Shown here: positions 57,838 through 64,000 of the stretch, in pieces
Layout of the letters: every line of letters begins with the position of its first letter
Numbering within the stretch: the first letter of the stretch is position 1
Source of the DNA: an uncultured bacterium
GTDB taxonomy: Bacteria > Eisenbacteria > RBG-16-71-46 > CAIMUX01 > WJJG01
Direction of reading: 5' to 3'
Assembly (NCBI GenBank): GCA_964417675.1
Contig: CAYQJL010000018.1
Span: forward strand, 16,760-80,759
Length of the DNA: 64,000 nucleotides
Made by a program: the position numbers and the translations under genes
Notes under the pieces: generated by a model
Told to the model about the DNA's origin: nothing
The model's database searches: none
The model's input: the letters and a program-made list of their open reading frames with translations, nothing else

Positions 57838-60531
57838 TTACTCCACGACCACGACGCGACGGGTCATCTCTTGTCCGGCGGCTTTGGCGCGGACGAAGTA
57901 GATACCTGCAGAGGCGACGCGGCCACGGTCATCGCGGCCATCCCAAGGCAACGCATGGGATCCCGCGGCCAGGGTTCCCCGAGCCAGCCTGCGAATCCTC
58001 CGGCCGCTGGCATCGAACAACTCGACCGTCGCATCGGCGGCCGACGGCAAGGTGAGCTGCAGCAGCGTCGCGCCCGTGGTCAGGGAGGGAATCGGGCGGC
58101 TCAGGTGCAGGCGCCCCGCCGCAATCACCTCCGGAACATCCTGGGATCCGCTCACAAGATACATGACGGCATTCTCGATCAGCTGCCGAGCGAGCTGGCC
58201 GTCGGTTAACGCATCGTAGTCAAAGGCGAAGAAGACGATCTGCCCCTCGCTGCGACCGGCAGCCTCATAGACCAGGATGCCCACGTCATCGGGGTAGCTG
58301 CTGGTGCCGAAGACCACGGTGGCGTCGCCGGTGGGAATCGCCGCGTCCTGGTCTCCGAAGTAATCATAGGTCAGACCCAACGTGCTGGGCAGCGCATTGG
58401 GGGTCGTGGCCAGCGGATGCTGGCTCTGTGAGCCGCGCAGCACCAGATCGCCGCCATGGTCCGTGCGATAGCTCGATACGTGCAGCAGCTCGGAGGCGAT
58501 CTGGGGATAGCCTGGATTGACCAGCGCATCGTAGGCCATCTCCCCACCCTCCATGATGAGGCGTCCCTGCGCGGCCGCATGCGCCAGCAAGGCCTCCCGG
58601 CGCCCTTCCATACGCAGGGGGTTCTTGTACGATCCGGCGCTCCAGATGACCACGTCATACTCGTCCCACAGTTCGGGCTGGGTGGTCACGATCGTCTCGC
58701 GCGTCACGCGAAACGCCAGCGCCGTGAGATCCGCGACCAGCACATCCGAGGGGTTCTCATCCGAGATGACCAGGATGTCGGCGCGCGCCGGCGGCAAAGC
58801 GAAGTCGAGCGACAGGTTGCCGCCGATCGTGCGGGTTTCGGTGACCGGAACGTGCCCCGCCGCGCCAGCCACCAGGTCGTAGGTTCCGGACGGAACCTCG
58901 ATCTCATACTCGGCCGTGACGGCGTCGGCGGCCACCTTCTGGAAGAGCTCGCCGGTATCCGCGCGGTAGACCGCCACCGTGGCGTCACCCAGGGGGGTTC
59001 CGGTTCCGGCCTGCGCCACGCTACCCGAGACCATGTACCAGGAACCCGCCCGCTGCAGCTGGACATCATGCCGGGTCGTGACGCCCGCGATCACACTGAT
59101 CGGACCCGAATTGTACGGCTGATACCCGAACGACTCGACCTCGAGCGTATAGGTGCCCGGTTCGAGCATCCGGTGGTAGAAGCCGTCGGCGGCATCGTTG
59201 TAGATCGGCTTGCCGATCTCGGTGACATCGATCGTGGCCGGCACGGGGGTTCCGAGGCCGGCGTCGGTCACCTGCCCCTGGACTCCGTTGCGGGCCTGCT
59301 CGAGCAGCCAGATCATCGACTCGCGATTGTTCTCCCAGAAGGTGGGCAGCTGGGAGGACGACGGCCACTTCACATTGCTGACCTCGATGCAGAAATGCAG
59401 CTCATTGCGCCAGTTGTAGGCCCAGTCCTGGAAACCGCCGTGAATGACGTACCATTCCCAACCAATCGTCACGCCATGCGTGAAGGTACCGCTGTTCCAC
59501 ATCGGCGGGTTGCGGAAGGAGTAGCCCAAGGCCAGGTTGTGGATCTGGTCATGGTCGGGGGTGTACTGGCCGTAGAAGCAGTCCCAGGGGTAGTTCACCA
59601 CCAGGGCCCCGCCGTGATAGTTCACGCCGATCGTGAAGTTGTGACCGTATTGCCAGAGCATCATCTGCTGTACTTCCGTGGGCCGCCCCGCGGGATCGTC
59701 GTTGGGATCCTCGAGCGGGTCCGGGAAGCTCCGGTTCAGATCAAACCCGCTCGCGTTGTAGCGCGAACCGGCCGCGTTGCCGTCCGGATTGTGCAGCGGG
59801 CAGAACCAGATCTCGAGGTCATCGACCAGCGCGGTCAGATCCGGGTCGACGCCATAGTTCTCCACCAGAAGACGGATCAGATAGACACACATCTCCATTC
59901 CCACGACCTCGTCACCGTGAATCGTGGCCGTGTACTTGAAGGCCGGCTCCGGCTCATCCTGCGTAACATTGTCGGAGATCTTCAGCATCCAGATCTCGCG
60001 ACCCTGTTCCGACTGCCCGATGGAGGTGAGCATGGCGATGTGGGGATAGTCATTGGCGATCTGCTGGAGCTCGGCGCCGAGGGATTCGTGGGTGTGATAG
60101 TCCTCACGCCCCGGTATGCGCAATCCGGCCGCCACCTCCGCTTCCCACTGGAGAAAGGCGCGGCGGGCCTGGTTGGGAATCGCCTGGGCCTGATAGCCGG
60201 CGCCGCGGAGGTCATCCAAGGTGGCGTCATCGACGTAGGCCGTGACGATCTGTCCGTGCACCCGGTCAATGTCAAGATCCCACGCATCGAGCGCCGAGAG
60301 ATGGTAGGCACTGGATGCGACGATCTCGATGGGAAACCGGCCGGTGAAGGGACAGCGATCCTCCCTGGCGGGCAACGGGCCGAGGGCGGCATCCACGTCG
60401 GAGAGCAGGCCGGGCAGGGCGCCCGCGGCGCCCGTCGCGCCCGTCGCGCCCAGGAGAGAGAGCAGGAGCAGACCTGCCACACAGAGGGTCCTCGGATGAT
60501 GTCCGGTCCGCCAGCCTGTCCGTCTTCGCAT
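57838..60531 (-). CDS. M14 zinc carboxypeptidase with carboxypeptidase-regulatory-like and C-terminal FlgD-Ig domains
   Basis: IHGDEVVG, HNPDG, RYNASGFDLNRSFP, NYHGGALVVNYPWD, GGFQDW, IEVS; C-terminus LFDASGRRIR...WDGRDDRG..ASAGIYFVR. Confidence 0.92.
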   Translation of the reverse strand: MRRRTGWRTGHHPRTLCVAGLLLLSLLGATGATGAAGALPGLLSDVDAALGPLPAREDRCPFTGRFPIEIVASSAYHLSALDAWDLDIDRVHGQIVTAYVDDATLDDLRGAGYQAQAIPNQARRAFLQWEAEVAAGLRIPGREDYHTHESLGAELQQIANDYPHIAMLTSIGQSEQGREIWMLKISDNVTQDEPEPAFKYTATIHGDEVVGMEMCVYLIRLLVENYGVDPDLTALVDDLEIWFCPLHNPDGNAAGSRYNASGFDLNRSFPDPLEDPNDDPAGRPTEVQQMMLWQYGHNFTIGVNYHGGALVVNYPWDCFYGQYTPDHDQIHNLALGYSFRNPPMWNSGTFTHGVTIGWEWYVIHGGFQDWAYNWRNELHFCIEVSNVKWPSSSQLPTFWENNRESMIWLLEQARNGVQGQVTDAGLGTPVPATIDVTEIGKPIYNDAADGFYHRMLEPGTYTLEVESFGYQPYNSGPISVIAGVTTRHDVQLQRAGSWYMVSGSVAQAGTGTPLGDATVAVYRADTGELFQKVAADAVTAEYEIEVPSGTYDLVAGAAGHVPVTETRTIGGNLSLDFALPPARADILVISDENPSDVLVADLTALAFRVTRETIVTTQPELWDEYDVVIWSAGSYKNPLRMEGRREALLAHAAAQGRLIMEGGEMAYDALVNPGYPQIASELLHVSSYRTDHGGDLVLRGSQSQHPLATTPNALPSTLGLTYDYFGDQDAAIPTGDATVVFGTSSYPDDVGILVYEAAGRSEGQIVFFAFDYDALTDGQLARQLIENAVMYLVSGSQDVPEVIAAGRLHLSRPIPSLTTGATLLQLTLPSAADATVELFDASGRRIRRLARGTLAAGSHALPWDGRDDRGRVASAGIYFVRAKAAGQEMTRRVVVVE

Positions 60532-60732
60532 GGGAATCCCTCCTGATTCGGGCGCCCGCATGCACGCGCGCCCTCCCGCAAACTCGTGGCACCCTCCGGC
60601 CCGCCCGGCAGGCTCGCCCGACACTGTGTACGATTGTATCACCTCCTCGCCCTCGCAAGCCACCGCCTTGGAGCTAAGGGGAGGCGCAACTCGTGACGAT
60701 GACCTTAAACGGTCGGCAGGATGCCCCTTCAT

Positions 60733-60790
60733 AGATGCAGTGGTTACCAGCGGCCCGTCACAGATGCAGTGGTTACCCACGGCCCGTCAC
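60733..60790. repeat. 2 x 29-bp direct repeat in the divergent intergenic region
   Basis: AGATGCAGTGGTTACC..CGGCCCGTCAC at 60733 and 60762. Confidence 0.8.
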
Positions 60791-60803
60791 AACGGAGTGG
60801 TGC

Positions 60804-61388
60804 ATGCCCCGTTCCCTCTTACCCGAGCAGGAGCTCAAACTACGCCGGCAGTACGATGATTGCCTGGCTCAAATCCTCCATTGGGGCGAAAAGTCCGGTC
60901 CGTGGGAGGGTTTCCTCGACCACTGCCTGGCGCTCATTGGGGACACCACCGGCGTGTCGCGGGCCTACGTCTTCCGGTTCGACCCGCAGGCCCGCCTGAT
61001 GATCAACACCCACGAATGGACCTCTCCAGGGATGGCACCGATGCTCGGTGTCGAGGTCGGTTTCGACGAGTTTCCGTATTGGACCGGGCAACTGCTAGCC
61101 AACCAAGCCATTGTGGGAAGTGACCTTCGTAGGGACCTGCCCGCCGAGGTCCACGAGATTCTGACGCTCCAGGACATCCTGAGCACACTGGTGGCCCCGC
61201 TCACAATCGCCGGGCAGGTGTGGGGCTGTTTGGGCCTGGACGACTGCCGGCGGCGGCGCGAGTGGTCGCCTCTGGAGGTGTCCGGTTTTCGATCGGCCTG
61301 CCGTGGAGTCGCCGCCTGGGTGGGACAACGGCAAGCGGCCGCGGCCGGGAGCGGGATTTCAACCGGATGCCATATACCTGCGTCTTGA
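60804..61388 (+). CDS. Stand-alone GAF domain protein
   Basis: VSRAYVF, NTHEW..PG, QDILSTLVAPL...GQVWGCLGLDDC...REWS..E; no output domain. Confidence 0.85.
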   Translation: MPRSLLPEQELKLRRQYDDCLAQILHWGEKSGPWEGFLDHCLALIGDTTGVSRAYVFRFDPQARLMINTHEWTSPGMAPMLGVEVGFDEFPYWTGQLLANQAIVGSDLRRDLPAEVHEILTLQDILSTLVAPLTIAGQVWGCLGLDDCRRRREWSPLEVSGFRSACRGVAAWVGQRQAAAAGSGISTGCHIPAS

Positions 61389-61421
61389 CCGGTTTCTTTT
61401 CACCGGCTACTGTGCGTCATC

Positions 61422-61940
61422 ATGAGTCAAATGAACGATCCTACAGAATCCAGGGAAGCCGTCCAGGAGGGCGGCATCGACGCTGCGCGTCTGCTGCGCA
61501 TGGCGGGTCTCAAAGTGACCCGCACCCGGGTCGGACTCCTGAATCTGGTCGCACAGGAGTCCCGCCACCTCACCGCGGACGAAATCACCGCGGGCCTGCA
61601 CGCGGCAGGGATCCGTTTGGATCGGGTGACGGTATACAGAAACATGGATCGGCTCATGGATGCGGGGATCTTCGTGGCCTCCTTCCTGCCTGGCCGAGCC
61701 TTGCGCGTGGGCCTGTGCCGTCAGCCGGACGCCCCCCATCATCATCACATTGTCTGCCTGCATTGCGGCATGTTCGCCGAAACGCAGGGGTGCCTGCTCG
61801 AGGAACGTTGGGAGAGCCTGTGCCGGGACCTGGCCAACCAAACCGGCTTTGCGCTGGAGGGGCACGTCATGCAGTATGTGGGCGTGTGTCCCGAGTGCCA
61901 GGCGGCGGGAATCACCAGCGCCGGCCTCAAGCTCCATTGA
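61422..61940 (+). CDS. Fur family transcriptional regulator
   Basis: GLKVTRTR, HLTADEI, TVYRNM, HHHHIVCLHCG and C-terminal GVCPEC. Confidence 0.92.
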   Translation: MSQMNDPTESREAVQEGGIDAARLLRMAGLKVTRTRVGLLNLVAQESRHLTADEITAGLHAAGIRLDRVTVYRNMDRLMDAGIFVASFLPGRALRVGLCRQPDAPHHHHIVCLHCGMFAETQGCLLEERWESLCRDLANQTGFALEGHVMQYVGVCPECQAAGITSAGLKLH

Positions 61941-61998
61941 ACATCGGCAATGCACAGGATCGCATCCGCCCGTGGGGCGTGTGTGGTGGGGGATTTGC

Positions 61999-64000
61999 AT
62001 GAAGTGGTGGATGCCGGCTCTTGCCCATATTTCAATCCTACCGGCCCTTCTTCTCCTGACCAGTTGCAGCCGTCAAATCCCCCCCCCGGCAACCGGCGCG
62101 GCGGGGAACCGGACAGCGGCCTTGCCGGCGGGAGTGCCCGCTGATGGCGCTGTCGCCGGACTGGCTTCCGACTCATTGCAGATGGGCACAGAATGGCTGA
62201 TCGACAGCCTATCGGTGCGGGTCGATTCCCTGAACTTTCCGGGCGCCTTCCAGGGCGACCTTCCCGATATCAGCGATAGCCTGGCAGCCTATACGGAGTC
62301 CCGCCTTCCCTCCGGCGAGGAGCTCTTCGACTACCCCGTCGAGTTGAACCGCCGGGTATTGGCCTGGATCGACTTCTATCTGGGACGCGGTCGCAGCAGC
62401 TTCGACCGCAGTCTGGAACGTTCGGGGCGCTACCTGGCCATGGCCCGGCGCATCTTCGCCGAAGAGGGCGTGCCGCAGGACCTGGCCTTCCTGGCCCACG
62501 TCGAGAGCGGCTTCCGTCACAACGCCCAGTCTCCCGCACGCGCCCTTGGGCTGTGGCAGTTCATGCGCGGCACCGCCCGCCAATATGACCTGCGCTGCGA
62601 TGCCTATGTCGACGAACGCCTCGATCCGGAGAAGTCCACGCGCGCCTGCGCGCGACACCTGTCGGACCTCTATGCCGAGTTCGGGGACTGGTACCTGTCC
62701 TTGGCGGCGTACAATGCCGGTGCGGGCAAGGTCAGGCGCGCCGTACGCCAGGCCGGGGCGCGCGACTTCTGGCATATCGCGCGGACCCGACACCTGGTCA
62801 ATGAGACCCGCAATTTCGTGCCGGCGATTCTGGCCGCCACGATTCTGTCGAAGTCGCCGGGCGCCTACGGATTCAAGGAGACGACCGACCCGCCGCTCGA
62901 ATACGACACGATCATGATCGACTCTCCGACCGACCTGCGGGTGGTGGCGGCCGTCAGCGGCCTCTCCCTGGAAGAACTCCACGAACTCAATCCGGCGCTT
63001 CTCCTGATGCAGACGCCGCGCGGGAACGAGTACCCGATTCATCTTCCCTGTGGCCTGGGGGGCGCGGCGTCAGCGTCCCTGGCCGAGATCCCGCCCGAGG
63101 AACGCCTGGTCCACCATCGGCATGCGGTGCAGAGCGGCCAGACACGGGGCGGCCGGGCCCGCCGCTACGGAACGACCGTGCAGGCCATCCAGGACGCCAA
63201 CGGCATGGGGCGGCGAACCACGATCTATGTTGGGAACACGTTGCTGATCCCCAGCCGGCACGGCGGTCTCGCCGACTTCGTCCTGGCCGGCGCCGACGGC
63301 ATGATCAAGCACACCGTCCGTCGCGGCGAGTGCCTCTCCACCATCGCCAGCCGCTACCGGGTGCGCGTCGCCGCGATCCAGTCGGCCAACGCGATCCGTG
63401 ATCCGGCCCGGATCTATCCGGGTCAGGTTTTGTCGGTCCCGGTTCCGGTCGAGCAGGCGCGGGCCGCCGCTGCGCCCATCGAGCCGGTCACCCGGTCCAG
63501 CGGCGCAATGGCGATGTCCGCCGAAGCGCAGCACCGAGACGCTCATGTACAGGATGCCCTCGCCGAGCGGGAGTCGGCGGCTGGCTACCGTCCTCTACGC
63601 GCCCAGAACAACTCCGATTCGCTGGGGCGGGTGCCGACCACAGCGCACATCGTCGAGCAAGCCCGGGCGGCCCTCGAGCTCGAGGAACAGCGCGCCGTCG
63701 AAGAAGGCCGGCCCCTGCCCGGCCCCGCGCTGCATGTTGTCCGCCGGGGAGACACGCTTTCGGAGATCGCCGGCCGCTATGGCGTTCGTGTGACGGAGTT
63801 GCGGCAGTGGAATGGCATGGGGCGCTCGAGCCTGATCCACCCCGGACAGGAGCTGTTTGTGGCATCCCCCAGCGGGAACCGCTCGGGTGAATCGCGGGTG
63901 CATGTGGTGCGCAACGGGGAGTCGCTGTGGATCATTGCCAAGCGCTACGGTGTGCGGGTGGCTGACCTGGCCAGCTGGAACGAAATCCACCACGGTTCGA
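61999..64000 (+). CDS. LysM-domain lytic transglycosylase (MltD-like) lipoprotein, partial at window end
   Basis: Manual frame-1 translation: MKWWMPALAHISILPALLLLTSC lipobox, LAHVESGF, GLWQFM.GTA, DERLDPEKST, LAAYNAG, then several LysM repeats (HTVRRGECLSTIASRY, HVVRRGDTLSEIA, HVVRNGESLWIIAKRYG). No stop before 64000. Confidence 0.92.
   Translation, partial: MKWWMPALAHISILPALLLLTSCSRQIPPPATGAAGNRTAALPAGVPADGAVAGLASDSLQMGTEWLIDSLSVRVDSLNFPGAFQGDLPDISDSLAAYTESRLPSGEELFDYPVELNRRVLAWIDFYLGRGRSSFDRSLERSGRYLAMARRIFAEEGVPQDLAFLAHVESGFRHNAQSPARALGLWQFMRGTARQYDLRCDAYVDERLDPEKSTRACARHLSDLYAEFGDWYLSLAAYNAGAGKVRRAVRQAGARDFWHIARTRHLVNETRNFVPAILAATILSKSPGAYGFKETTDPPLEYDTIMIDSPTDLRVVAAVSGLSLEELHELNPALLLMQTPRGNEYPIHLPCGLGGAASASLAEIPPEERLVHHRHAVQSGQTRGGRARRYGTTVQAIQDANGMGRRTTIYVGNTLLIPSRHGGLADFVLAGADGMIKHTVRRGECLSTIASRYRVRVAAIQSANAIRDPARIYPGQVLSVPVPVEQARAAAAPIEPVTRSSGAMAMSAEAQHRDAHVQDALAERESAAGYRPLRAQNNSDSLGRVPTTAHIVEQARAALELEEQRAVEEGRPLPGPALHVVRRGDTLSEIAGRYGVRVTELRQWNGMGRSSLIHPGQELFVASPSGNRSGESRVHVVRNGESLWIIAKRYGVRVADLASWNEIHHGS

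Overview
High-GC bacterial chromosomal window. The FlgD-Ig/T9SS-like C-termini, TonB receptor and gene repertoire suggest an FCB-group candidate phylum such as Ca. Eisenbacteria (inference). I saw no rRNA, tRNA, CRISPR array or mobile element. In order, the window holds: a cobalamin riboswitch with a BtuB-like receptor and a secreted beta-propeller; a PilZ-cNMP-HDOD signalling protein; polysaccharide genes; lepB, phoU and a Na/Pi transporter; infA and an S1 protein; a four-gene DUF6754-like membrane operon; an ECF sigma/zinc anti-sigma pair with a membrane-anchored Lon-type protease; a CitD-CitE fusion and citF; a SahR-like regulator with ahcY; an ABC-2 exporter; a GT2/GT-C/flippase module; two M14 peptidases; fabG; an M20 hydrolase; GAF and Fur proteins; and a LysM lytic transglycosylase. 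The best candidate for an undescribed system is 26323-29992. It encodes a single-pass protein with an ATPase-less cytoplasmic Lon Ser-Lys protease domain and an extracellular FG-GAP region, translationally coupled to an ECF sigma factor. A soluble zinc anti-sigma factor follows, with an internal 'VLAA' putative cut site/degron. The logic resembles CalpL/CalpT/CalpS, but wired to an external signal rather than CRISPR. All assignments are by-eye motif recognition; no searches were run.
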